Part shown: positions 26,172 to 34,864 of the stretch, one piece after another
Position numbering within the stretch: the stretch's first letter is position 1
How the letters are laid out: every line of letters starts with the position of its first letter
Assembly (NCBI GenBank): GCA_900318765.1
Contig: ONLX01000122.1
Span: forward strand, 1-63,307
Direction: 5' to 3'
Length of the DNA stretch: 63,307 nucleotides
From: an uncultured Eubacteriales bacterium
Lineage (GTDB): Bacteria; Bacillota; Clostridia; Christensenellales; CAG-138
Made by a program: the position numbers and the translations under genes
Notes under the pieces: generated by a model
Seen by the model: only the letters and a program-made list of their open reading frames with translations
Told to the model about the DNA's origin: nothing
Databases searched by the model: none

Positions 26172-27065
26172 TTAGCCGATATCCTTCTTTCGATAGACGT
26201 TGCCGTACTCAATCGTCCCGCCTGCGCTTTCGAGCAGCTCGGTGACCGTGACAAGTTCATAGCCCTGATCAAGCAGCCAAGGAATCAGCTCATCGATTGC
26301 TTCGAGCGTCTGCTGAATGCGGTCATGGAACAATACGATGGATCCGTTCGTCACTTTTGTTTCCACGGTGTCCAGAATCTTTGCTTTGTTCCGGACCTTC
26401 CAGTCCGCAGAATCGACTGACCACAGGATCACTGCAGTTTCCGCATACTTGGCGCCGCGCAAAACGTTCGAATTGCGATTACCTCCGGGGGGACGCATCA
26501 AGTGCGTCTCATATCCGCCTTCGATCGCTTCGGAGATTTCGAGCTTGGTGCGCTCAATCCTTTTGGCGTTCGTCGACGCATCGAACCCGGTCATCATATC
26601 ATGGTTCTGCCCATGCACCCCGATTTCACAGCCGAGGTCCACCATCCGCTGCAGGATATAACCGTTGTCGTCATGAATCGCAGAGGCGAGCACAAAGAAC
26701 GTTGCTCGGACGCCATACTTTTCCAACACGTCCAAAAACTGCATGGTATAGACGTTATTCGGTCCGTCATCAAACGTCAGCGCAACCATCGGCCGGTTCG
26801 GATCGGGCGTCGCCGTTGGCTCAGGGGTCGGTTCCGGCGTTGCCGTCGGCTCAGGCGTTGCGGTCGGTGTCGGTGACGGCGCGGGTGTATCGGTCGGAAC
26901 GGGTGTAAACGTCGGCGCCAGAGTGACAACCATTTCCACGATTGTCTCCAAAGTCGCCGGGGTACTCGTCGGACTCGGCAGATTCGTTTCCGCGACAGGA
27001 GAAGGGACGCGCGTGCATCCGATCAGCAGCAGCACAGATAATATGTAAAGCATCCATCGTTTCAT
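26172..27065 (-). CDS. polysaccharide deacetylase (NodB/CE4) lipoprotein with a Pro/Thr-rich linker
   Basis: Start moved to ATG 27065 (MKRWMLYILSVLLLIGCTRV, with a lipobox). PT linker TPEPTATPEPTPEPTATP. NodB motifs ALTFDDGP and HGQNH. Confidence 0.88.
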   Translation of the reverse strand: MKRWMLYILSVLLLIGCTRVPSPVAETNLPSPTSTPATLETIVEMVVTLAPTFTPVPTDTPAPSPTPTATPEPTATPEPTPEPTATPDPNRPMVALTFDDGPNNVYTMQFLDVLEKYGVRATFFVLASAIHDDNGYILQRMVDLGCEIGVHGQNHDMMTGFDASTNAKRIERTKLEISEAIEGGYETHLMRPPGGNRNSNVLRGAKYAETAVILWSVDSADWKVRNKAKILDTVETKVTNGSIVLFHDRIQQTLEAIDELIPWLLDQGYELVTVTELLESAGGTIEYGNVYRKKDIG

Positions 27066-27121
27066 ACCGATTATGATACCACCGTTTTCGACAAATATCA
27101 ATCGAATTTGCAACAAGCCGC

Positions 27122-27153
27122 AAAAAAAGAGGTCATCCGCTTCGATGACCTCT
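27122..27153 (-). terminator. intrinsic terminator after the YDG-repeat/SH3b gene
   Basis: 10-bp stem (27128-27137 pairs with 27144-27153) with a 6-nt loop, followed on the minus strand by UUUUUUU. Confidence 0.85.
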
Positions 27154-27170
27154 TTCGTCTTTCCGTTGTG

Positions 27171-29354
27171 TCAGTTGGCTTTCACATACTTGCTGAAGAT
27201 GTATGCAGTGCCGGTGCCGTACTTCACTTTGGTCCAATTGCCTTCATACCCGAGGATCGTGACAGTCACGCCCTTCTTGATCGTGCCGAGCAGCGCAGAA
27301 CTGGACGTTGCCTTTTCACGCACGTTGACCATCGTCTTGCAGTTGTAGATGACGCCGGTCTTATCGCCCGTCGGTTCGGGATCGGGCGTTACTTTTCCAT
27401 CGACAATCTTGGAATAGTTTTTGTGAACGTAACCAACCGTCTTATCGGTATACTGAATCTTATAGTAATTGCCGGATTGTCCGAGATACGTATACGTCTT
27501 CCCGCGCGGCGCCGTTCCGATCAGTGCGGTGTTTGAGCTTCCGCCTGCACGCACGTTGCAGTATTCCTTGCAGTTCACAATCGAAACCACCTTATCGCCC
27601 GTGGGTTCCGGATCGGTTCCGCTGATCTTGCTGTACTTCTTATGAACGAAGCCAACCGTGCTCGACGTGTACTGAATCTTGTAATAGTTTCCGGATTTTC
27701 CGAGATACGTGTACTTTTCGCCCTTCAGCGCAACGCCGATCTTTTTCGTGGACGAATTGCCGCCTGCGCGAACATTGACCCACTCGTTGCAGTTCACGAT
27801 CGTCAAAGTCTTGCCGGAAGGATCGGGAGCGGGCGATTCGCCCTTCTTGGCATAGTCTTCATGGACATAGCCTTCCACACCCTCTTTGTACTGAATCTTA
27901 TAGTACTTACCCTCTTTGCCGAGGTACGGATATACGTTGCCCTTCTTTGCCGTGCCGATCTTCTCACTCGACGAGGACGGACCTTTGCGGACATTGCAGG
28001 AATTGTTGCAGTTTACAATCGTAATCGTTTCAATCGTCTTCTTGACGATCTCCAACGTAACATCTTCCGTCGTCAAGGTCGCTTCGCCGCTCTTGGTCGC
28101 GCGGATCTTGACGGTATCTTTGCCGACGTCCTTCCGCTTCGGGACAACCGTCGTCCAGGTCTTGCCGGCATCGGTCGAATACTCGATCGTATAGCCTTCC
28201 CCGTTCTCGACCGTCGCCGCTTTCAGCGCATGCTCATTGCCATCGTAATCGAATTTGGAGCTTTCCGCCTTCAGCGTCGGGCCTGCGACGATCTCCAACG
28301 TAACATCCGCAGTCGTCAGCGTTTCCGCCATATCCTTGCGCGCACGAATCTTCACCGTCGTCTTGCCGGGCTCCTTCGCGGAGGGAACCGTTTCGGTCCA
28401 GGACGTTCCGCCATCGGTCGAATACTCGATCGTGTAACCGGTTCCGTTCTCCACCTTTGCCTCGGGGAGCTTGTGCTCATTTCCATCATACGGGAACGAT
28501 GCGCTCTCCGCCTTCAGCTTCGGTTCGGTGGACGGCGCGGTGATCTCGATCGTCGCCGTCTCGCTCAGATTCGTCGTTCCGTTCGTCGCATAGACCGTTA
28601 CCGTATACTTGCCGATCTCCTTGAATGCGATCGGGGACGTTGTCTTCGTGCTGCCGCCGTCATCGGAATATTCGATCGTATAGGTCCCGAATCCGTTTTC
28701 CACGGTTGCAACGATCTTCTGCTCTTTTGAGCTGTCATACTCGAACGTTCCGTTGCCGGTGATCTTCAGCTTGGCCTTTTCTTCGATCTTGACCGTAGTG
28801 TTTTCGGTCAGCGTATCGCCCGTGCCTTTGGGCGTTGCGGTGACCTGAACCGAATACGAACCGGGATCGGTCAGCGAAACGGAAGCAACGGTTGCCCCGT
28901 TGACGGTGTACGCAAAATCGTAATCGTCCTTACTGCCGTTCTCGATCGACGCGGTGACCGCATGAGCCGATCCGTCATAGGTGAATGTACCGCCGCCGGA
29001 CAGAACGAGCTTCGCCTTCGGCGCGGGCTCGGTGATCTCGAGCTTGACGGTCTTCGAAAGCGGAGTTGCTTCCGTGTTCGTCTCGTTCGTTGCCTTGATC
29101 GAGATATTATACGTACCGACTTCGCTCTTGGAAGGTGCGGTCGTCTCATAGTCGCCCCCGTTGACCGAATATTCGATCTTATAAGTGTCCGTTCCTGCAT
29201 CCTGAACCGTTGCCGAAACCGTATGCGCAGACCCGTCATACTCGAACGTTCCCGCTCCGGTGACCTTCAGGCTCGGATCTTCGGCCAGCGCGCTCATCGG
29301 GAATACCATCAGAAGCAGAATCCCGGCCAGGATCAAACCCATCATTCGTTTCAT
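27171..29354 (-). CDS. secreted protein with about 6 YDG-motif Ig-like (MBG-like) repeats and 4 SH3b repeats
   Basis: 727 aa. Signal peptide MKRMMGLILAGILLLMVFPMSALA. Repeats such as GxGTFxYDGSAHxV. Four C-terminal units IVNCxxxxNVRxGxSSxxxxIGxxxKGxxYxYLGxxGxYYKIQY...GYVHxxY. SD AAGGAGG. Confidence 0.75.
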   Translation of the reverse strand: MKRMMGLILAGILLLMVFPMSALAEDPSLKVTGAGTFEYDGSAHTVSATVQDAGTDTYKIEYSVNGGDYETTAPSKSEVGTYNISIKATNETNTEATPLSKTVKLEITEPAPKAKLVLSGGGTFTYDGSAHAVTASIENGSKDDYDFAYTVNGATVASVSLTDPGSYSVQVTATPKGTGDTLTENTTVKIEEKAKLKITGNGTFEYDSSKEQKIVATVENGFGTYTIEYSDDGGSTKTTSPIAFKEIGKYTVTVYATNGTTNLSETATIEITAPSTEPKLKAESASFPYDGNEHKLPEAKVENGTGYTIEYSTDGGTSWTETVPSAKEPGKTTVKIRARKDMAETLTTADVTLEIVAGPTLKAESSKFDYDGNEHALKAATVENGEGYTIEYSTDAGKTWTTVVPKRKDVGKDTVKIRATKSGEATLTTEDVTLEIVKKTIETITIVNCNNSCNVRKGPSSSSEKIGTAKKGNVYPYLGKEGKYYKIQYKEGVEGYVHEDYAKKGESPAPDPSGKTLTIVNCNEWVNVRAGGNSSTKKIGVALKGEKYTYLGKSGNYYKIQYTSSTVGFVHKKYSKISGTDPEPTGDKVVSIVNCKEYCNVRAGGSSNTALIGTAPRGKTYTYLGQSGNYYKIQYTDKTVGYVHKNYSKIVDGKVTPDPEPTGDKTGVIYNCKTMVNVREKATSSSALLGTIKKGVTVTILGYEGNWTKVKYGTGTAYIFSKYVKAN

Positions 29355-29478
29355 GTTTCCTGAAACCTCCTTGTCTCTCTTTTCAAAATCCGAAAGGCGT
29401 TCGCCTCCCGTGGATCATCTGACTATACTATACCACACATAAGGCGGTGCAGTTGCAACAAACTTGTAATATTTTGGC

Positions 29479-29976
29479 TCAAACCTTGCTTTCATCAAAG
29501 TCAATCAGGATGGAAGATCGGGTCGGAACCAGCTTTTTCAGGGTAACGCCCGCCGCAAGGAACATGCGCTTGCTTGCCCGCGTCATCGGAGTTTCCGCGT
29601 ATTTATCGGAAAGATACACGACCTCGCGAATCCCGCTCTGAATGATCGCCTTCGCGCATTCATTGCACGGGAACAGGGCCACATAGATCCGGCAGCCCGC
29701 AAGGGATGCGCCGGCGTTGTTCAAAATCGCATTCAGCTCTGCATGGCACACGTAAGGATACTTCGTATCATAATCCGCGCCTTCACGTTCCCAGGGGAAC
29801 TCGTCATCGCTGCAGCCGATCGGAAAGCCGTTGTACCCGACCGACATGATTTTGTTGTGCTCATTTACGATACATGCGCCCACCTGCGTATTCGGATCCT
29901 TGCTCCGATACGACGACAGCAGCGCGATTCCCATGAAATATTCATCCCAGGAGAGATAATCCTTGCGCTTAGACAT
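29479..29976 (-). CDS. comEB: dCMP (deoxycytidylate) deaminase, ComEB-type
   Basis: 165 aa. [19 protein letters not shown], zinc motifs CHAELNA and [24 protein letters not shown]. Confidence 0.92.
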   Translation of the reverse strand: MSKRKDYLSWDEYFMGIALLSSYRSKDPNTQVGACIVNEHNKIMSVGYNGFPIGCSDDEFPWEREGADYDTKYPYVCHAELNAILNNAGASLAGCRIYVALFPCNECAKAIIQSGIREVVYLSDKYAETPMTRASKRMFLAAGVTLKKLVPTRSSILIDFDESKV

Positions 29977-30065
29977 ACCCCGTCTCCTTTACATACACTG
30001 GTATGTTATCATGTTCCGGATAAGAACGCAAGTGATTTTGGACAATATATGAATAAAATATGAAC

Positions 30066-30097
30066 AAAAAATGCCGCAGGGATCACCTTCCTGCGGC
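30066..30097 (-). terminator. intrinsic terminator ending the GT4-GH13-GNAT-small ORF operon
   Basis: GCCGCAGG (30073-30080) pairs with CCUGCGGC (30090-30097), followed on the minus strand by AUUUUUUG. Confidence 0.75.
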
Positions 30098-30156
30098 AAA
30101 TTTGGTTCAAATCTTTCGGCGCACTTCTCCGGATCGTGCGGAACACGGCTCCCGGA

Positions 30157-30336
30157 TTATGCTTCGGGCTGCTCCGGCTCCTTCTGCTCGGCTTCGGGCT
30201 TATCCTCCGCCCAATCCGTTGCAACGTCAACGCCCTTCCGAACGGTCTTGACCAATGTTTTTCCGAGATCCTTGCCCAGCGAGGCAAAATCTTTTCCGAC
30301 CTGCTTCCAATTGCTCTTCAGTGTTTTTTCTTCCAT
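30157..30336 (-). CDS. 59-aa charged hypothetical protein (below the ORF-track cutoff)
   Basis: Own translation: MEEKTLKSNWKQVGKDFASLGKDLGKTLVKTVRKGVDVATDWAEDKPEAEQKEPEQPEA. SD AAAGGAA lies 9 nt upstream. The ORF starts 20 nt after the GNAT stop and is followed by a terminator. Confidence 0.5.
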   Translation of the reverse strand: MEEKTLKSNWKQVGKDFASLGKDLGKTLVKTVRKGVDVATDWAEDKPEAEQKEPEQPEA

Positions 30337-30356
30337 GTGATTTCATTCCTTTCTTT

Positions 30357-31163
30357 CTATGAATCTTTCCATCGGATGGCGCAAAGATGCGCACGTTCTT
30401 CAAATCCGACGCCGCGATAGGCGGCGTTGGAAGGTGCGTAATCCCGATCGGCATACAGCATCGGAATCCTGTTTTCCTGTAAAATACGTTCACAAAGCAC
30501 CGACAGCAGCGCTTTTGCGTATCCCCGATTCCGATACGGCGCATCGGTGACAACCGAATGAATCACCGAATAACCCGATCCGACATCAGCACGCCTGGCG
30601 ATCGAGGCCACCGTCCCATCCGGCGCTCGCCACCCGGCAGCAAAGGCATCTTTTCCGAAAGCCTCTCCCGCTTCCCTGCGCTGCGCCGCAGTCATCGGGT
30701 TTCCGTCCGCAAAAGACAGGCGGTCCAGCAGTTCCCCTGCGCGGACCGATACTACCTCCGAACCCGGAACAAATTCTCCCTCAGCTGTGCAGACGCGCAG
30801 TCGATCCATCCGATACACGGACATGCGCTGCCGCTCCGCGGGAATCGAACTCCAGGCAAGTTCGGCCAGCCTGGCGACCGTTCCTTTTGCGATGATCCCG
30901 GAAAGCTGCCCGGTTGATCGCAAGGTCGCAAGCGAATCAAACAGCGAGTGAAGCATCTCCTCCGAAATATCGTTTGCCGTCCAGATCCATGCAGGCGTTT
31001 TCGGTTCTCCGAGAACGAGCAGGCAGGATTGACCGTCCGTCAGCACCAGAGGCCTGCCGCGTTCGAGCATCCGCTCAATCCGAACAAACGCAAGCCGGTC
31101 ACGCGGAGGGATCAGCGTTTGCAGTGCCGTATCGCTCGGCGAAACCATGCGCAGTTCTTCCAT
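30357..31163 (-). CDS. GNAT-family acetyltransferase with an N-terminal extra domain
   Basis: Start moved to ATG 31163 (MEELRMVSPS), with SD AAGGGGGA. C-terminal GNAT motif VVTDAPYRNRGYAKALLSVLCERI. Confidence 0.7.
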   Translation of the reverse strand: MEELRMVSPSDTALQTLIPPRDRLAFVRIERMLERGRPLVLTDGQSCLLVLGEPKTPAWIWTANDISEEMLHSLFDSLATLRSTGQLSGIIAKGTVARLAELAWSSIPAERQRMSVYRMDRLRVCTAEGEFVPGSEVVSVRAGELLDRLSFADGNPMTAAQRREAGEAFGKDAFAAGWRAPDGTVASIARRADVGSGYSVIHSVVTDAPYRNRGYAKALLSVLCERILQENRIPMLYADRDYAPSNAAYRGVGFEERAHLCAIRWKDS

Positions 31164-31231
31164 GCCCGTTCCCCCTTTCCGAAATGATATACAATAGTAT
31201 ATCAGAAAGGAAGCCGATGCGCAACGGTTTT

Positions 31232-32890
31232 TCAGCAGCAGTGCCACACCTGCGCCTCATACGGACGCAGCACGCCTGCTTCCCCCGTCGGATAATTGGA
31301 AAGCTGCAGCTTCAGATCGTTCTTGTCAAAGCCCTTCGGGAGCCGGAACCGCTGTTCCCGCTCGGAGAATGAGATGAGGATTAGGTATCGATCGCTGCCG
31401 TATGTGCGCTCATACACATAGCGCCGATTCGACCACGCCTGATATTCCCGATATGTACCGAACAGCAGTGTATCGTTGGATTTTCGAAGCGCTAGCGCCT
31501 TTCGGTAAAAGTTCAGGATGCTGTCCGGATCGCGTTCCTCCGCAGCCACGTTGATCTGCCTGTAATTCGGATTCACATGGAACCACGGCGTTCCCGTCGT
31601 GAATCCGGCATTCTCGGTATCGTCCCATTGAACGGGTGTGCGAGCCGAGTCGCGAGAAGAAATATGGATGCGATGCATCCGTTTCTCCTCGGACTGATGG
31701 CGGAAGAACGTCCGATACATATTGATGGACGCTACATCGTTATAGGAATCGATCGAGGGAAGCGCGATGTTCAGCATGCCGATCTCCTGTCCCTGATAGA
31801 TGAACGGCGTTCCCTGCTGAAACAGGTACGCGGTTGCAAGCGCCGTTCCGGATTCCCGCCAATACCGCTCGCTGCCATATCGGCTGATGACGCGCGGATG
31901 GTCGTGGTTCTCCAGGTACAAGGCGTTCCATGCCTTTCCCGCAAGCTCGGTTTGCCACTTTGAAAACGCACGTTTCAGCTTTCGCAGTGAAAACGCATGG
32001 TGCATATACTCGGTGATGATGCAGTCCGCCATCATCGTATCGAACTGAATCATCATGTCAAGCACACGGTCCTTACCGACCAGATAGCGAAGTGCCGTTT
32101 TGACCGAGGTCATCGGCGCTTCCCCGATCTGCACCGCACCGTATTCCTGCGCCACTGCGCGAAACTCCCGAAGATACTGCATCAGGTTCGGTCCGTCCTT
32201 ATAAAACGGCAAACCGTTGATCGCCGGAAGGAACGGGATTCCGTCCGGCAGCTTCTCATGCTTGGAGATGTACGTGATCACGTCCTCGCGGAATCCGTCC
32301 ACGCCCATCTCGAGCCAGAACCGCATGATGTCCTTGACTTCCTCTCGAACGCGCGGATTGTCCATATTCAGATCCGGCTGTTTCTTGGCAAATACATGAA
32401 GATAGTATTGCCCGCGTCCCGCATCGTATTCCCACGCAAGTCCCTCGAACTGGCTGAACCAATTGTTCGGCGGGCGCAGTCCCTTCTTCGAAGGCTTCGG
32501 GTCGCGCCAGATATAATAGTCGCTGTACGGGTTATCCTTTCCCTTTCGGCTTTCAAGGAACCAGGGATGCTCATCGGATGTGTGATTCACAACAAGATCC
32601 ATAATAACCGCAAGCCCCAGTTCATGCGCCTTGTGCAGCACCTTTTGAAACTGCTCCAGCGTCCCGTACTCCGGATGGATATTGCGATAATCGGCGATAT
32701 CGTATCCATAGTCCGCGTTCGGCGAAGGATAGATCGGACTGAACCAGATACCGTCCACGCCGAGGTCCCGGATATATTCCAATTTGTTATAAACCCCGTA
32801 CAAGTCGCCGATGCCGTCCCCGTTCCCGTCCGCAAAGCTGCGGATCCAGATCTGATAAAACGCCATCCTCCGATAATCCAACTGTTTCAT
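31232..32890 (-). CDS. GH13 alpha-glucosidase / oligo-1,6-glucosidase family
   Basis: 552 aa. GDGIGDL...GVDGIWFSPIYPSPNADYGYDIADY, DLVVNHTSDEHPWF, GVDGFREDV and YLENHDHPR, the conserved GH13 regions. Confidence 0.92.
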   Translation of the reverse strand: MKQLDYRRMAFYQIWIRSFADGNGDGIGDLYGVYNKLEYIRDLGVDGIWFSPIYPSPNADYGYDIADYRNIHPEYGTLEQFQKVLHKAHELGLAVIMDLVVNHTSDEHPWFLESRKGKDNPYSDYYIWRDPKPSKKGLRPPNNWFSQFEGLAWEYDAGRGQYYLHVFAKKQPDLNMDNPRVREEVKDIMRFWLEMGVDGFREDVITYISKHEKLPDGIPFLPAINGLPFYKDGPNLMQYLREFRAVAQEYGAVQIGEAPMTSVKTALRYLVGKDRVLDMMIQFDTMMADCIITEYMHHAFSLRKLKRAFSKWQTELAGKAWNALYLENHDHPRVISRYGSERYWRESGTALATAYLFQQGTPFIYQGQEIGMLNIALPSIDSYNDVASINMYRTFFRHQSEEKRMHRIHISSRDSARTPVQWDDTENAGFTTGTPWFHVNPNYRQINVAAEERDPDSILNFYRKALALRKSNDTLLFGTYREYQAWSNRRYVYERTYGSDRYLILISFSEREQRFRLPKGFDKNDLKLQLSNYPTGEAGVLRPYEAQVWHCC

Positions 32891-32894
32891 ACGT

Positions 32895-34310
32895 TTATCC
32901 TTTCCGTAACGTTTCGATGCCGTGCGTAATGGTGTCGGTCAGTTTCGTCAGCAGACTGCCCAATGTATCCTCCTCGTCTGCACCGTTTTCGATCATGCCT
33001 GCGGTAACCGTCTCGAAGTTTCGAATCAGCCGATCATAGAAGATTCTGCGTTTGGTCATTCTCTCCATGCCGTGAGAGGTCAGATCCACCAAATAGTCGG
33101 TCATCTGCTTCCTCCGGGGCATAAGAAGGCCGCTCTTCCTTTCTTCAAGAACCTCTCCGTATCGCTCGTATGCCTGCGCCACGCAGTCCTTCCAGGAAAG
33201 ATACAGTTCATCCATCGCATGCTGTCCGATCTCGTGGAGCTTCGACCGATCGGGAAGCACCCGAATAAGCAGCTCTGCCATAGCCTCCGCCGTTTCCTCG
33301 ATGATGTAGCCGTTTTGTCCGTCGGTGATGCCTTCGGCCGCGCAGGAATTGCGGATCAGCACGCAGGCAAGCCCGCATGCCGCGGCTTCGCGCACGACCA
33401 AGCCGTTTGTGTCAAACGTGGACGGAAACAGGAACAGATCCGCACGCGTGTTCCACGCCCGAAGCACGTTCCGGTCATACACCGGGCCGAGGAAGATGCA
33501 CTTGCCCGGCGTGCTTTCGGTATCCATCAATCCGAGTGATTCGGCGCGCGCTCTGAGCTGCTCAAGATCCGGACCCTTTCCGATAAACACCATACGATAA
33601 TCCTGCCCGGCGTCGGAAAGCTGCTTCAATGCATCGAGAATCAACGGAATGCCCTTGTACGTAATCATTCGGCCGACAAACAGCAGCACCGGTACATCCG
33701 CCGGAAGATCATACCCTTCGGTCACAGCGGCGACGGTTTCTGCGTCCACGCGACCTTTCGGAAAATCGACACCGTTGTTCATTACGCGGTATTCACCCGT
33801 AAACCCGATTTCGCGCAGGCTTTCTCCCGCGCCGCGGCTCACCGTCCAAACCTCGTCGCATGCCTCAATGTTGCCGACCATCGCATGAATGGCCTCATCC
33901 GCCGCGAACTTCGGTTTCATATACCGGCGAATATCGATGTCGTACTTGGTATGATACGTCAGAATCACGGGCGCATTCGTACGCTCCCGCAGAATCCGGG
34001 CAACGACCGTCGATGCCGCGGGACAGTGCGTATGGATGATATCCGGCGCAAACGTTTCGAGCCTTGCCATTTCTTCCTCGGCAAACGGAACGCCCGTGCG
34101 GTATCCGTTCGTCACAGAAGCGGTGTCGAGACTCGGATACGCGACCACCGGATAGGGGTACTGCGAATAATCCGCATCCGGGTAGCGCGGTGTTCCGACG
34201 ACAACCTCAGAATCAAAGTCGCTTTGCAGATAATTTGCATAGTTCATCATCACGTTCACGACGCCGTCGATGACCGGCGGGAACGAGTCGTTCAAAAGGC
34301 AGACCTTCAT
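32895..34310 (-). CDS. GT4-family glycosyltransferase with a C-terminal extension of about 100 aa
   Basis: Start moved to ATG 34310 (MKVCLLNDSFPPVIDGVVNV), with SD AAAGGAGAG. GT-B C-terminal motif FLFPSTFDTNGLVVREAAACGL. Confidence 0.85.
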   Translation of the reverse strand: MKVCLLNDSFPPVIDGVVNVMMNYANYLQSDFDSEVVVGTPRYPDADYSQYPYPVVAYPSLDTASVTNGYRTGVPFAEEEMARLETFAPDIIHTHCPAASTVVARILRERTNAPVILTYHTKYDIDIRRYMKPKFAADEAIHAMVGNIEACDEVWTVSRGAGESLREIGFTGEYRVMNNGVDFPKGRVDAETVAAVTEGYDLPADVPVLLFVGRMITYKGIPLILDALKQLSDAGQDYRMVFIGKGPDLEQLRARAESLGLMDTESTPGKCIFLGPVYDRNVLRAWNTRADLFLFPSTFDTNGLVVREAAACGLACVLIRNSCAAEGITDGQNGYIIEETAEAMAELLIRVLPDRSKLHEIGQHAMDELYLSWKDCVAQAYERYGEVLEERKSGLLMPRRKQMTDYLVDLTSHGMERMTKRRIFYDRLIRNFETVTAGMIENGADEEDTLGSLLTKLTDTITHGIETLRKG

Positions 34311-34385
34311 GCTTGTCCTCTCCTTTGTTGTTCTGCATGCATTATAACATGTTCCGATCAAAAAGACGAGAACAATTACGCGTTC

Positions 34386-34420
34386 AAAAAAAGAAAATAA
34401 TCTGCCCGAAGGCAGATTAT
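34386..34420 (-). terminator. strong intrinsic terminator after the double-glycine-leader gene
   Basis: AUAAUCUGCC-UUCG-GGCAGAUUAU (34397-34420), followed on the minus strand by UUUCUUUUUUU. Confidence 0.88.
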
Positions 34421-34445
34421 CCGTAAAAGCATCTAAGGCCCGTTA

Positions 34446-34751
34446 TCAGACGACATACCGCGCATCAATGAAGCCGTACACATCATGCGTCCAGTCATAC
34501 GCAAGATAATAGCCGTTTTCATGATCGGGATGAACCAGCACGTGATCACCGTTCTGATACTTGACCGACATAAACGCGCCGCGCGGCTTGCGCTGCATAA
34601 CAAGGTATTCGCCCTTCGGCAGATTGGAAACGGTCAGCGCAATGTAGTTGCGAAGCTTATGCCGTTCGTCGCCTCTGGATCCGCCGGAAACTTCGTTCAG
34701 TTCATCAAGGTTGAGTTCTTTGACTTCTTGGACGGTGTTGATTTCTTCCAT
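34446..34751 (-). CDS. 101-aa protein: double-glycine (bacteriocin/C39-type) leader plus SH3b-like core
   Basis: MEEINTVQEVKELNLDELNEVSGG | SRGDERHKL... SD AAGGAGA lies 7 nt upstream. The leader has hydrophobic residues at -4, -7, -12 and -15, and Glu at -8. The core L-VMQRKPRG...NGDHVLV...NGYYLAYDW...VYGFIDARYV follows the SH3b pattern. Confidence 0.7.
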   Translation of the reverse strand: MEEINTVQEVKELNLDELNEVSGGSRGDERHKLRNYIALTVSNLPKGEYLVMQRKPRGAFMSVKYQNGDHVLVHPDHENGYYLAYDWTHDVYGFIDARYVV

Positions 34752-34864
34752 GGTTGTATCTCCTTAAAACGATTCTTTGGATTCCGATCCTGTGGCGACC
34801 GGTGAAAAAACGATCTTGTTTTTTCTTACACGTTCAGCATAGCAGACCGTTTCTCACAGAACTG

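Noticed and set aside
32895-34751. GG-leader peptide next to a glycosyltransferase considered as a glycocin-type RiPP cluster.
   Set aside because: A strong terminator (34386-34420) separates the two genes. The enzyme is a GT4 lipid/sugar-type transferase in an operon with a GH13 glucosidase, not a SunS-like GT2. The core peptide has no Cys, and no exporter or immunity gene is present.
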